DNA of 20,308 nt from a virus (Duplodnaviria > Heunggongvirae > Uroviricota > Caudoviricetes). Below are positions 1 to 9,299 of this stretch, piece by piece; the stretch's first letter is position 1; each line of letters begins with the position of its first letter. A program made the translations under genes and the position numbers. The stretch lies in IMG/VR virus record IMGVR_UViG_3300029582_000367, positions 92,950-113,257 of that record. One strand, given 5' to 3'. A model generated the notes under the pieces. The model was not told the DNA's origin, searched no databases, and saw only the letters and a list, made by a program, of their open reading frames with translations.

Positions 1-49
1 TCGGCACAATGCAGTACCGCCCGACAGGTCTGTCAGACTTAAAGGTCAT
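1..49 (-). CDS. 5' end of a hypothetical protein running off the window edge (MTFKSDRPVGRYCIVP...)
   Basis: ATG at 49-47 preceded by GAAAGGAGAA RBS on the - strand; frame open to the window edge. Confidence 0.6.
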   Translation of the reverse strand, partial: MTFKSDRPVGRYCIVP

Positions 50-111
50 AATGTATTCTCCTTTCTTTTTTTTCGGGAGAGGGCGGGGAAGTCTCCGCCC
101 TCATTTGGGCC

Positions 112-774
112 TCAGTAGTCGATGCACTCGTCCATCACGTCCGCTACGGCCTTGATGTCCTCAAAGGTGACATTCTCCGTCACGGGGATGGCGACATACA
201 GTTCCCACTGGCAGAACGGGGTGTCCGTGTCCTTGGGGAACAGCACATCTGCGTGCAGTTTCCTCAGCTTCTCGTCCGCATTCAGCTTCTCAGCCAGCTT
301 GCGGCCAGAGTCCATCAGTGCCACGCGGACACCGACATCGCGCTTTCCTTTTTTGCTGGACATCTCCTCGCCGGCCTCTGCGATGACCAGCAAACACGGC
401 TGGCCGTTCACAGTGGCGATGTAGGTGGGGAAGTTCAGGCTGTCGGTCCAGCAGGTGAAATAACCCCAGCGCAGCAGGGGCGGCACCTTCGTGTACCAGT
501 CCATGTCTTCCACAGGAGGCTGATATTCGCCTTTCAGGAAGGCTTCGTACTTCGCCTTATCGTATTCGGCGAGCTTGGTATCGAAGCCGGCGGGGTACAG
601 TCCGGGCACGCCACGATAATCGGGAACGTTGATGCTGCACAGGGAAGCGGTGTCGTACCGCCCATCCCAGTCCTTAGGGGGCTTCTTGTCGGGGGTGTTA
701 AACTCCCACACGAATACCTCCCCGCAGCCGTTGCAGAAAAACTGAGTTTCGTCGATGCTGATGATTTTGAACAT
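112..774 (-). CDS. hypothetical protein, 220 aa
   Basis: ORF with AAAGGAG RBS, co-oriented with neighbours; no recognised family. Confidence 0.8.
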   Translation of the reverse strand: MFKIISIDETQFFCNGCGEVFVWEFNTPDKKPPKDWDGRYDTASLCSINVPDYRGVPGLYPAGFDTKLAEYDKAKYEAFLKGEYQPPVEDMDWYTKVPPLLRWGYFTCWTDSLNFPTYIATVNGQPCLLVIAEAGEEMSSKKGKRDVGVRVALMDSGRKLAEKLNADEKLRKLHADVLFPKDTDTPFCQWELYVAIPVTENVTFEDIKAVADVMDECIDY

Positions 775-802
775 TGTTTTTTTCTCCTTTCATTTTTTTG
801 AC

Positions 803-1051
803 TTACAAATCCATGAACGGGCCTTCGACCCGACATTGGTCCCATCTGCGATTGCGCGGCTCGTTGTGCCGCATAGCGTCGAGATAGCTCTGCGCCTGAG
901 CCCTATCGCCGAAGACGATGGGCTGCACGCCATCATGGTCGATTTTCGACCAGTAATAGGCGTAGCCGGATGCTCTGGGGTCAGCACAAAGCGTATAACC
1001 ATCGCTATCGCGGATAACAAACTTCCATGTGAGAACTCGTCCAATACCCAT
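803..1051 (-). CDS. hypothetical protein, 82 aa
   Basis: GAGAGG RBS before ATG; fills the gap between co-oriented genes. Confidence 0.65.
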   Translation of the reverse strand: MGIGRVLTWKFVIRDSDGYTLCADPRASGYAYYWSKIDHDGVQPIVFGDRAQAQSYLDAMRHNEPRNRRWDQCRVEGPFMDL

Positions 1052-1060
1052 AGCAGCCTC

Positions 1061-1645
1061 TCAATCCGCCGCAGACTCGCGGTAGACCAACACGTCGTGG
1101 CCGGCGTAAATAGCCTGCAGCTCGTCCTTGGTGATGCTCAGGCTGCTGAACAGCCAATCGTCGGCATCCTTCCAGTCGGAGAACTTGGGGCCGATTTCCT
1201 TCCGGAACAGCTCCAGCGTCTCAAACAGGAGGTCCTTGGCACGGGGGGAGAGGTCTTCCTCAGGGTCAGGTGTGGGCATCTTTATGTCGTTCACATCATT
1301 GAGTTCAACGTCTTCCAAGGAAGTCTCGTAGTCCTTCCAGAGATGGGCATTGTCCTCGAACCGCTTGACGATTTCGGCGATGGTGATGTCGGTCGTCGGC
1401 TTATCCGTGGTTTCCTCGAAGTAGCAGAACTCAAAGAAGGGATGGTCGGCTTCCGTTTCGCTGCCGAAGCGCTCGTCGTTCAGACCGAGAGGGCCGGGGA
1501 TGAAGTATTCGCCGTCATCGAGACTGGCGATAATACGCATCTTTTCTTCCTCCGACATCTGGCCGGCGAAAACGACCTCATGCCGGACCTTGTAGTTGTC
1601 CGCGTCACGATAGAGATAGGCGAGTCGGGTGTTGATGACACTCAT
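1061..1645 (-). CDS. acidic hypothetical protein, 194 aa (N-terminal YLYRDADNYK motif)
   Basis: GAAAGGAG RBS; first gene downstream of cassette copy 1. Confidence 0.8.
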   Translation of the reverse strand: MSVINTRLAYLYRDADNYKVRHEVVFAGQMSEEEKMRIIASLDDGEYFIPGPLGLNDERFGSETEADHPFFEFCYFEETTDKPTTDITIAEIVKRFEDNAHLWKDYETSLEDVELNDVNDIKMPTPDPEEDLSPRAKDLLFETLELFRKEIGPKFSDWKDADDWLFSSLSITKDELQAIYAGHDVLVYRESAAD

Positions 1646-1692
1646 TGTTTTTCTCCTTTCTCCCTGCCTGTAATAAGGACTTACGGGAACTC

Positions 1693-1847
1693 AAAATGTA
1701 TGAAAATATATAAAAAAGACAGCTACCCCAAGATTGGGATAACTGTCTGAATTTACGTATGGTGACTTGGAAAACGGAGATAATCTCCTTTATAAAAATA
1801 GCTTCGTAATTATAATTCTATACTACCACAACCTGATATTTTGTCAA
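1693..1847 (-). promoter_or_regulatory. promoter + leader + terminator cassette, copy 1
   Basis: TTGACA-N16-TAGTAT with extended -10 TG; GGAGA-TTA-TCTCC hairpin; GACAGTTATCCCAA/TTGGGGTAGCTGTC hairpin followed by a T-run; near-identical to 4770-4923. Confidence 0.8.
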
Positions 1848-1870
1848 CTATATGCACAACCGAAAATAAG

Positions 1871-1898
1871 AAAAAGAGCCGCCGAAGCGACTCTTTTT
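1871..1898 (-). terminator. intrinsic terminator
   Basis: GAGTCGC-TTCG-GCGGCTC followed by TTTTT, just after the stop of 1911..2876. Confidence 0.8.
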
Positions 1899-1910
1899 CC
1901 ATTGTGAAGT

Positions 1911-2876
1911 TTAGTTTTCGATGAATATGGGAATCATATCCTGCACGCAGGTATAACGACCACGGAGGGCGTCGATTTTTGCCTGAGCATCCTCGAAGGT
2001 GGCAAACTTCTGTGCGGAAGATGCAAATGAGGTTATGTGCATCCTGCTACGACTGATTTTCTCCAAATACTTGCCGGAAAAACCGCCTTTGGCGAACATC
2101 ACCGCATAGGGTTTCGGTGCCATCAGCTTGTCTGTGGCGGGTTTGACTTCCAGATTGAACCTCTGAAACAGGTCTCCGAGCTGTTCGGACGCATCTTCGG
2201 CGCTGGTAAACAACAGTGCATCGCACGCTTCCTTCACATAGTGGACCGTTCTTGAACCTCCGAACTTCTCGAACCCGCTTACGTAGCCATAGCTACGATG
2301 CTTCAGCACGACAGGCCCATCCACAGCCTTTGTATTCTTCGGGGCGGAGCGCAGGCGTTCGCCGCGCCGCGTTCCGCTGAACGACATGAAGATGTAGTGG
2401 TCCTCGTGGTCTTTCAGCATCTCACGCGCCTCATCCAGCCAGACCTCCAGCTCGTCCGTCGTTCTGACGTACTTCCACAGAAGGTGCTCACCGGAGGTGT
2501 AGGGCATCAGCGTTACGTTCAGGTCATTGACGCCGGGGTTGCCTGCGAGGATGTCCTCCAAAGAGGCGGCGTCCTTCACCGCACGAGCGAACCACTTCCG
2601 TGTCTGAGCCCCGTTGAGCCACTTGCTGCCGTACACCATGCACTCGGTATCGTTCTCAGCGAAGGTGTCATTTATCTTCGCCATGAACTCTTCTTCCGGC
2701 AGCTCCAGAGCGTTACGGCCCATCATAATGAACCAGTGACGCTCACGCACTTCACGGCGTTTGGAGTTTTTATCGTAGATAACCTCGGTGCAGTTGTTGC
2801 TGCCGCCCAGTGCCAAAGGAATGATGCCGCGAGTCGTCTTGATGAACGTGCGAGAATCAATGATAGTGTATCCCAT
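1911..2876 (-). CDS. hypothetical protein, 321 aa
   Basis: Long ORF, GAAAGGAG RBS, terminator downstream. Confidence 0.85.
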   Translation of the reverse strand: MGYTIIDSRTFIKTTRGIIPLALGGSNNCTEVIYDKNSKRREVRERHWFIMMGRNALELPEEEFMAKINDTFAENDTECMVYGSKWLNGAQTRKWFARAVKDAASLEDILAGNPGVNDLNVTLMPYTSGEHLLWKYVRTTDELEVWLDEAREMLKDHEDHYIFMSFSGTRRGERLRSAPKNTKAVDGPVVLKHRSYGYVSGFEKFGGSRTVHYVKEACDALLFTSAEDASEQLGDLFQRFNLEVKPATDKLMAPKPYAVMFAKGGFSGKYLEKISRSRMHITSFASSAQKFATFEDAQAKIDALRGRYTCVQDMIPIFIEN

Positions 2877-2907
2877 GATTTTTCTCCTTTCTTTGCATGA
2901 AGCAGCC

Positions 2908-3177
2908 TCACATCACACCATCGTCAACGACATCAATAAAACCGTATTTCAGGCTGTCGTTAATGCCGTGAACGCTGTGCCCGTTATCGAAATCCTTGCG
3001 GAGCTGAGAAGCAGAGGTCTTGGCATCGCCTTCGCCATACTCGAACATCTCCGTCTCGACGCAATTCGACACGATTTTCTTCAGCTTTGTGTGAGAGGTC
3101 GTTGCAGCGACCAAGCGCATGGAGTCTCTTGACTTCCATGCATCGCAGGAAAACACGATGTAAATTGGCTTATTCAC
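2908..3177 (-). CDS. hypothetical protein, 89 aa
   Basis: GTG start with AAGGAG RBS, overlapping the stop of the upstream toxin gene. Confidence 0.7.
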   Translation of the reverse strand: MNKPIYIVFSCDAWKSRDSMRLVAATTSHTKLKKIVSNCVETEMFEYGEGDAKTSASQLRKDFDNGHSVHGINDSLKYGFIDVVDDGVM

Positions 3178-3757
3178 AGTCCTTGCTCCTTTCTTTCCGG
3201 CCTTTACGGTCGATTTCAGCCACAGGATAGGGCGATGCCTTTCTCATGTTGCTGTCCATGATTCTCATTACATGAATGAGCATCTCGGAATAAGCACGAT
3301 GCATCGTCTCGTAGCGGGCACGCCATGTATTATCATCATTGTCGTTGACGCGGGAACTCAACCCCATGCTGTAATACAGCGCAGAGTCGATATCCACCAT
3401 CTCCGCATCTGTCAGATGGCAGATGTATGCGCCAAGCTCGTTCGTGGAGACTGCCATCGGCTGCTCACACAACGCCGTGCTGGGGCGGCTTGTGCTGGTG
3501 ATGAGTACATGAGAGGGAAGCTGCATCTTCGGGGAAGACGTGGTAAACACGACCTCCACGACACTGCTGTACCGATTCAGGTCATCAGCGGATACGACGA
3601 TAGCGGGACGGTGGCCCCTGATGACAGAGCTGTTAGAGGGCTGGCCGTCCTTGTCTCTGAACTGACTTCCTTCCGGTGCCCAAGGAGAATAAATCTCAAT
3701 CTCCTTGGCATTGACCCAGAACACATCACCCCTGCGGATGATGCCTTTTCTACCCAT
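3170..3757 (-). CDS. PemK/MazF-family endoribonuclease toxin with C-terminal extension
   Basis: RRGDVFWV, GHRPAIVVS (catalytic Arg), FTTS (Thr), HVLI, ALCEQ and L-x4-M-x2-ID-x-AL-x3-MGL match the PemK/MazF pattern. Confidence 0.85.
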   Translation of the reverse strand: MGRKGIIRRGDVFWVNAKEIEIYSPWAPEGSQFRDKDGQPSNSSVIRGHRPAIVVSADDLNRYSSVVEVVFTTSSPKMQLPSHVLITSTSRPSTALCEQPMAVSTNELGAYICHLTDAEMVDIDSALYYSMGLSSRVNDNDDNTWRARYETMHRAYSEMLIHVMRIMDSNMRKASPYPVAEIDRKGRKERSKDCE

Positions 3758-3965
3758 AGATGTGGACCTCCTTTCCGTCAGAATTGGTCACGCACAGAGG
3801 AACGCCGAAAAAAGACAGAACCGACTCAATCGGTTCCGTCTCCATGCAGCCAAGGTGACAACGCTTGTTTTCGTAAGTCGCCTCAACATATTTCTCGTTC
3901 ACCATGATGGGTTCGTGGCAAATGCAGCATTCGCCGGCGTAACGAATTTTCTTTTTTACTTTCAC
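3750..3965 (-). CDS. small putative zinc-finger protein, 71 aa
   Basis: CxxC...CHxxC motif; GTG start with AAAGGAG RBS; overlaps the toxin start. Confidence 0.65.
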   Translation of the reverse strand: MKVKKKIRYAGECCICHEPIMVNEKYVEATYENKRCHLGCMETEPIESVLSFFGVPLCVTNSDGKEVHIYG

Positions 3966-3986
3966 AATGAATTTACTCCTTTCTTT

Positions 3987-4190
3987 TCAATGTTGCCGAG
4001 ACAGTGTTACGGCTGCTTGCTGGCGTCGTCTTTCACAGATTTTTCGCTGCTCTTCGATAGCTTCGTGAGCCTTCGCAATACACTGCTTCGCACGCCTATC
4101 CTGTTCAGAAGAGAAAGAGGCATAGCGCTCGGAGTAGACGGAATCCATACGCTCGGCTCTCTCGATTAACTCATACAGCGGTGTAGACAT
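3987..4190 (-). CDS. hypothetical protein, 67 aa
   Basis: GAGGAGGAG RBS; lies within the operon. Confidence 0.65.
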   Translation of the reverse strand: MSTPLYELIERAERMDSVYSERYASFSSEQDRRAKQCIAKAHEAIEEQRKICERRRQQAAVTLSRQH

Positions 4191-4206
4191 AGCTTCTCCT
4201 CCTCGT

Positions 4207-4479
4207 TTATTGAATGTTCATGCCTACAGCGCGAGGCCCTTCTTTGGACCAAGTTTCCTTGAGCCAGTGATAGGTGATTGTGCTATCTTCAGGACTCTTG
4301 TCTGGATAACAGGGAAGGTATGCTGCGGAGTACAAATCTCTGCATTGACTGAAATACACATGATTCCAGTCAGCCCACACATCGCCAAGAGAACGGATAG
4401 CTCGCTTGAACGACCGAAAGCTCTGCGGCGTGTGAACTACGATGGCATTTGCTCCGTTCCACTTTCCATTCCACATCAT
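4207..4479 (-). CDS. hypothetical protein, 90 aa
   Basis: GGAGGTG RBS; ATGA overlap with the upstream gene. Confidence 0.7.
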   Translation of the reverse strand: MMWNGKWNGANAIVVHTPQSFRSFKRAIRSLGDVWADWNHVYFSQCRDLYSAAYLPCYPDKSPEDSTITYHWLKETWSKEGPRAVGMNIQ

Positions 4480-4742
4480 TGCGCTTCACCTCCGCGATAC
4501 GAAGGTCTCCGCTTGGACCTGAACGGCGGCATTATCGGTGCGTTGTAGCTGGTCAGCTCACCAGTCAACTTCACGGGCACACAGGCGAGCAGACCTCGCT
4601 GCTGTCTGTACTGATGCGCCAGATTGTTGCGGGCCTGACGCTCCGATACGGCCATGGTCGTACCACCCCACTTATTCGTGGAGATGTCGTCATATACACG
4701 GATAGGGCCGAGGTAGCGATAAACCTTTTTTGGCTGTGCCAT
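4476..4742 (-). CDS. basic hypothetical protein, 88 aa
   Basis: GAAAGGAG RBS; first gene after cassette copy 2. Confidence 0.7.
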   Translation of the reverse strand: MAQPKKVYRYLGPIRVYDDISTNKWGGTTMAVSERQARNNLAHQYRQQRGLLACVPVKLTGELTSYNAPIMPPFRSKRRPSYRGGEAQ

Positions 4743-4769
4743 AGTTCATTTCTCCTTTCTTTTTCTTGT

Positions 4770-4923
4770 AAAATGTATGAAAATATATAAAAAAAGACAG
4801 CCATCCCGAAAATGGGATAACTGTCTTGATTACGTATGGTGACTTGGAAACGGAGATAATCTCCTTTATAAAAATAGCTTCGTAATTATACTTCTATACT
4901 ACCACAGTTTGATATTTTGTCAA
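4770..4923 (-). promoter_or_regulatory. promoter + leader + terminator cassette, copy 2
   Basis: Direct repeat of 1693-1847; the terminator stem has substitutions that keep pairing (GACAGTTATCCC/GGGATGGCTGTC, then T7). Confidence 0.8.
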
Positions 4924-4944
4924 TTCTTTTTGGGCTTAAAATAT

Positions 4945-4973
4945 GAGGACGGATACTATTTGCATCCGTCCTC
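4945..4973 (-). terminator. hairpin after 4980..6173, probable terminator
   Basis: GAGGACGGAT/ATCCGTCCTC inverted repeat; T-tail is weak. Confidence 0.5.
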
Positions 4974-4979
4974 GTTTGC

Positions 4980-6173
4980 TTAACTGTTTTTCAACTCGTA
5001 CTCATACTGCGATACCCAGCAGTCGCAAAGTGCGTCAGAGATGATTTCATCTCTCTCTTCGCCGTTTTCGACCATCAAAAGGGCAGACAGCGTTTTCCTT
5101 GCATTATCATCCAACTTTACTTCTTTTGTCCGCTTTTCTGCGTCCGGCGTGTTTGTTCTGACCAGAATGGTGTTATATTTTGTGTAGTCAGGTGCTACAA
5201 AATAGTCTACCGCCATATTGAGCCCGATACTCAGTATCATCAGATTTCCAGTCGTTCCAAGCGGTTCTTTTTCCTCTTTTTTCTTCTTTTTGGGTTTCAA
5301 AGGTTCTCCAGCAATATCACAGAAAATAGCTTTGTCCGCTGCAGCAATCGCCTCGTTGGTAACATTGTAACATCTGTCAGAATAAATACGAAGCTGAGAA
5401 TTCGCTTCTGTTCCGAATAGGGTTACTGCGGTGGAACAATCGTCTTCCATCTTTTCTTTCAAACGTTTTATATACAATTCTTGGAAATCGACCGGAGCAC
5501 CTTTGCTGTTTCTATAAACAAAATTGTTTTCTTTGAAACCATCCGCTGTACCCTTTATCATATAACGGTCTTTTGCTTCGCAGTTAGCCTGAATTTCCGA
5601 CTGAATTTCGCGTGATTCGGCATAAGGCATAGCTGAAATTTGAGTAAACAGACAGGAATAGATGTTTGGCAGGTGGATGGGCGCACATTCATCGCCGAAC
5701 AGAACTTTTTCACATGACCTATCTAAGAAAAAGTACGCCAATTTATACAAGCCCTCAACAGAGACATAAAATCCTTCCGGTGCTTTTCTGTTTACCTGTT
5801 TTCCTGCATCTATTCCGTTGATTAAAAGTTCATACGGACCAACGACCGTAGGAGTTCCTTCATCCGGTTCCCTGAGTCGTGTCATCTTCGATTCATTTAC
5901 GCCGATTTCTGTCGCAAGGCCTCTCATATTCCACGAACCATATAGACGAGGGGCTTTAGTGATGGAATACAACTCCTCATAAACTCTTGCGGAAACAAGT
6001 CTGCGAACATTTGTCAGCTCCGTGCTAAACTCAGTATAGTTTTCATACGTCGAATTCCGAGGTATTCGGTTAGGGGAATTTAACTCACTATTATAAGAAT
6101 AACGAGTATTCAAGGTCTCAGCCCATTTTTCGCAGTCGATGTAGGCGTCCATTGTATTATTTATTCTTTTCAA
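4980..6173 (-). CDS. hypothetical protein, 397 aa, with degenerate XRE-type HTH-like segments
   Basis: TTG start overlapping the upstream stop, GGAGG RBS; LATEIGVNESKMTRL, SVEGLYKLA...SCEKVLFG and NLMILSIGLNMAVDYFV resemble HTH_XRE helices. Confidence 0.75.
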   Translation of the reverse strand: MKRINNTMDAYIDCEKWAETLNTRYSYNSELNSPNRIPRNSTYENYTEFSTELTNVRRLVSARVYEELYSITKAPRLYGSWNMRGLATEIGVNESKMTRLREPDEGTPTVVGPYELLINGIDAGKQVNRKAPEGFYVSVEGLYKLAYFFLDRSCEKVLFGDECAPIHLPNIYSCLFTQISAMPYAESREIQSEIQANCEAKDRYMIKGTADGFKENNFVYRNSKGAPVDFQELYIKRLKEKMEDDCSTAVTLFGTEANSQLRIYSDRCYNVTNEAIAAADKAIFCDIAGEPLKPKKKKKEEKEPLGTTGNLMILSIGLNMAVDYFVAPDYTKYNTILVRTNTPDAEKRTKEVKLDDNARKTLSALLMVENGEERDEIISDALCDCWVSQYEYELKNS

Positions 6174-7138
6174 TCTTCATCCGCCTCCATTCTTGCGATT
6201 TTTTCCTTGAATTTTTTTACGGCATTTCTGAATGTTGTTTTGTTGGCAGGAGACATGAAATAATAAGCGTCTATAATGTCTTCTGTCGTTGCGTTTTCCG
6301 CATACAATCGCAGTGTGCTTGGCATTCCCATTAGCCAGTGCAATGAGGTTCCAAACGCTTTCGCAATTTGTGGTAGCTGGCTTTCATTAGAAGTAGTTAA
6401 TGTTGCCCGTACAGCAAGTATATTAGCCAATTCATGGATAAGTTCTCTTTGTGCATCGCTTATATTGAAAACTTCCTCGTTTTCATGCAGGCGCTCGTCC
6501 AGAACCAAGATGTCTTTCCTTTTTATAGAGCAGCGTCTTGCAAACATATACCGGACTCTTGCTGCTGGTCGCCGCATAATCACTCTGGTTTGCTCATTCC
6601 AGAAATTGTGGTTCCACATTGTGCTTATCAGACTCTGTGCGGCCTCTCTTATATATCCATCTCTGGCTCTTTCCGGAAGACTATCTACCAATTCATACAT
6701 TTCCTGAACGTCTTCTGGCAAGTCTTGCATTTTGGGGAAATCCTTATAGCTGGGAGTCATCATATCTTCAAAAGAGCAGTCTACTTCAATCAGCATTCGA
6801 AACACGCATTCCCAGCTTATGCCTTGCCATCCTATAAATCTGCGGGTCTCGCCATTCGTTATAGGAGTTTTTTCGAAAATCATGCTCTCAAATTTTTCCT
6901 CTGGGCAGGTAAGTTGTTCAACAAACCTCTTCTGCTTAAATGCGGCACGATATGGCATTGTGTCCGTGATAACGTTTTTCACTCTTTCGAGTAAATCAGG
7001 TTTCTCCGCCAGCTTTTCACGGCGGAGAAATCTGATGAGCGCTAAATAGGCGGTCGCTGATAGGTTTTCCTCTAACTTGAGTTCTCCTGTCTGCGTTTTG
7101 TTTGCGACATAAGCGTCTCTTCTGTAGATTGCGCTCAT
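6170..7138 (-). CDS. hypothetical protein, 322 aa, with degenerate XRE-type HTH-like segments
   Basis: LPQIAKAFGTSLHWLMG matches the XRE HTH C-terminal pattern; AAGGGGGAG RBS. Confidence 0.75.
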   Translation of the reverse strand: MSAIYRRDAYVANKTQTGELKLEENLSATAYLALIRFLRREKLAEKPDLLERVKNVITDTMPYRAAFKQKRFVEQLTCPEEKFESMIFEKTPITNGETRRFIGWQGISWECVFRMLIEVDCSFEDMMTPSYKDFPKMQDLPEDVQEMYELVDSLPERARDGYIREAAQSLISTMWNHNFWNEQTRVIMRRPAARVRYMFARRCSIKRKDILVLDERLHENEEVFNISDAQRELIHELANILAVRATLTTSNESQLPQIAKAFGTSLHWLMGMPSTLRLYAENATTEDIIDAYYFMSPANKTTFRNAVKKFKEKIARMEADED

Positions 7139-7244
7139 AGTTTGAGCTCCCCCTTTTTAAGTAAATGCGGTCCTTGTGGTTCCTTTCTTAGTTGGGATAT
7201 TTAAGTTTTAACGTGTTTTCCTACATCAAATCTTAAATACCCTC

Positions 7245-9299
7245 TTAGTTGCCTCCCGCGCCGATGATGGAATCCACCATCTTACAAGAACCTTTTCCTC
7301 GGTTCAGTAGTTCTTTTGCGTCTTTTTTTGCTTCTTCATATTCCGCCGGATACGCCATCATGAGCGTCATATACCTATTCCAGCCAGACTGTTCTGTGCC
7401 AAGAAAATCGCCGGCGCCGCGAATGCGAAGGTCTGCCTCTGCGATTTCGAAGCCGTTGTTAGTCTGAACCATGGCGTTCAGGCGCTCCATGGCCGCCGGT
7501 GTGGGCGACGGACCTGCATCCAGCACGCAGTAGGACTGCACATTACTGCGTCCTACACGCCCCCGAAGCTGATGCAGGCTGGAAAGTCCAAACCTGTCCG
7601 CATTGACAATGACCATCATGGTAGCCGTAGGAACATTTACGCCGACCTCCACGACCGTTGTGCTGACAAGCACATCTACTTTACCGTTCTTGAAACGAGA
7701 CAGGATGTTGTCTGCCTCATCTTTCGGCGTCTTACCGGTAATCGTTTCGATGCGGACTCCATACGGCTCCAGTACGGAACGGTATTCCTCGCTGACTTCT
7801 TCAACGGACTGGACACCCTCCAGCTTCTCGCTCTTATCAATGAGAGGACAGACGACATAGGTCTGATAGCCTTTACGCTTCTGCAGCAGGATGAAACGGA
7901 AGATTTTCTCTTTGCTCGTTGCGATACCTGTAATCACAGGCAGCCGTCCGTTCGGCATCGTCTTAATGGTATGGAGCTGTACGGTGTCTCCGTACAAGAC
8001 CTGCGCCAGACTGCGAGGAATAGGCGTAGCCGACATAGTGATGGCGTGTACGCCTCCAGAGGCTTTTTCCACCAGTGCAGCACGCTGGTCAACTCCGAAC
8101 TTGTGCTCCTCATCCGTCACCGTAAGTGCGAGATTCTTGTACTCCACACTTTCTCCGATGATGGACTGGGTTCCGACGATGAGGCTCGCATCTCCGTCCT
8201 TGATGGCGGCGAGGACTTTTTTCTTCTCGCTGGCTTTTAGGTCACTGCCGAGCCACGCGACGTTCACGCCGAACGGTGCGGCCAACGCAGAGAGTTCCTC
8301 ATAATGCTGACGTGCCAGCACAAGCGTAGGCGCCATCACCGCTGCCTGATACCCGTTCTCGGCCATGACCATCATCATACAGAAAGCCACAATACTCTTT
8401 CCACAGCCCACGTCGCCTTGGACAAGCGCATTGATGCGATGTCCGTCTGCAGCAAACTGTATCATACTCTCTATGGCATCCACTTGGTCTTGCGTAAGAG
8501 AGTAGGGAAGTGAAGCCTTTATTTTCTCATACCAACCATGCGTCCGTATTGAGAACTGGCTGCCCTTGGATATCTTTCTCGCGGCCCATTCATTCGCCAT
8601 TGCAAAGTAGACGAGGTCTTCCTGCAGCAGTCGGGCTTGTCCCTCTTTAATATCCTGTTCAGAAGTAGGGAAGTGCAGCATTTTGAGGGAAGTCCAGAAG
8701 CTCTGTAATCCCTTTTTATCAAGGTAATCAATAGGAAGCGTTTCAATCATCCCGATAGTTCGGTCAGACGCTTCTTGAATTTTTTCTCTCAGGTAGGCAT
8801 CGCTCATCCCGCCGATTTGCGCGTAGATGGGGCGTATGCCCGGTGCTTGTCCGTATGACGGCTCGAATATCTCAGGGGCTGTCATGGTGAAGTTATTATA
8901 TTTAGTATTGTATCCGACCTTGCCGGCTACATATACAGTTTCTCCAACACAACTGGACACCTTCCGGAACAGGTAGTTCTGCCGGAACCACGTGATGACC
9001 AGCTTTTGACCACTTTGCGGCATCGTGCAGTAGGCGATGAGCATGGGCGTTTTGGAAGAAGTCTGAACGTATGAGCCCTTGTAGCGGAGTTCCTGTCCGA
9101 AGGACTTCACCTCGTCCACCGTGACAAGACAGGCCTGCTCAGCGCCATCTATTAAATAAGGAGCAAGCTGTCTGTAGTCCTTGTAGCTTTTCGGTATATA
9201 CCGCAGCAGGTCTTCGGCAGAACAGATGCCCTTTTTCTCAAATTGCTTTGCTTTCTGTGGCGTGATGCCCAGTGTTGATAGTTTGATAGTAATAATCAT
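7245..9299 (-). CDS. recG: ATP-dependent DNA helicase RecG, ~684 aa (start approximate)
   Basis: LVQGDVGCGKS Walker A, MAPTLVLARQH, DEEHKFGVDQR, MSATPIPRSL, TTVVEVGVNVP, RFGLSSLHQLRGRVGR, GFEIAEADLRIRGAGDFLGTEQSG; GGAGGTG RBS near 9300. Confidence 0.95.
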   Translation of the reverse strand: MIITIKLSTLGITPQKAKQFEKKGICSAEDLLRYIPKSYKDYRQLAPYLIDGAEQACLVTVDEVKSFGQELRYKGSYVQTSSKTPMLIAYCTMPQSGQKLVITWFRQNYLFRKVSSCVGETVYVAGKVGYNTKYNNFTMTAPEIFEPSYGQAPGIRPIYAQIGGMSDAYLREKIQEASDRTIGMIETLPIDYLDKKGLQSFWTSLKMLHFPTSEQDIKEGQARLLQEDLVYFAMANEWAARKISKGSQFSIRTHGWYEKIKASLPYSLTQDQVDAIESMIQFAADGHRINALVQGDVGCGKSIVAFCMMMVMAENGYQAAVMAPTLVLARQHYEELSALAAPFGVNVAWLGSDLKASEKKKVLAAIKDGDASLIVGTQSIIGESVEYKNLALTVTDEEHKFGVDQRAALVEKASGGVHAITMSATPIPRSLAQVLYGDTVQLHTIKTMPNGRLPVITGIATSKEKIFRFILLQKRKGYQTYVVCPLIDKSEKLEGVQSVEEVSEEYRSVLEPYGVRIETITGKTPKDEADNILSRFKNGKVDVLVSTTVVEVGVNVPTATMMVIVNADRFGLSSLHQLRGRVGRSNVQSYCVLDAGPSPTPAAMERLNAMVQTNNGFEIAEADLRIRGAGDFLGTEQSGWNRYMTLMMAYPAEYEEAKKDAKELLNRGKGSCKMVDSIIGAGGN

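Noticed and set aside
79..102. GC hairpin as a terminator for 112..774
   Set aside because: On the - strand it is followed by an A-run, not a U-run; function unclear
755..1750. 331-aa plus-strand ORF and similar antisense ORFs (11790-12737, 13269-14060, 7572-8240)
   Set aside because: Shadows of well-supported genes on the opposite strand, with no recognisable motifs
4943..4955. Gapped internal similarity of spacer 4 to the hairpin upstream of promoter copy 2
   Set aside because: Only 10 contiguous nt, internal to the spacer, chance level
6005..6015. 11-nt internal match to spacer 1 (GAACATTTGTC)
   Set aside because: Not anchored at the spacer 5' end; about one such match is expected by chance
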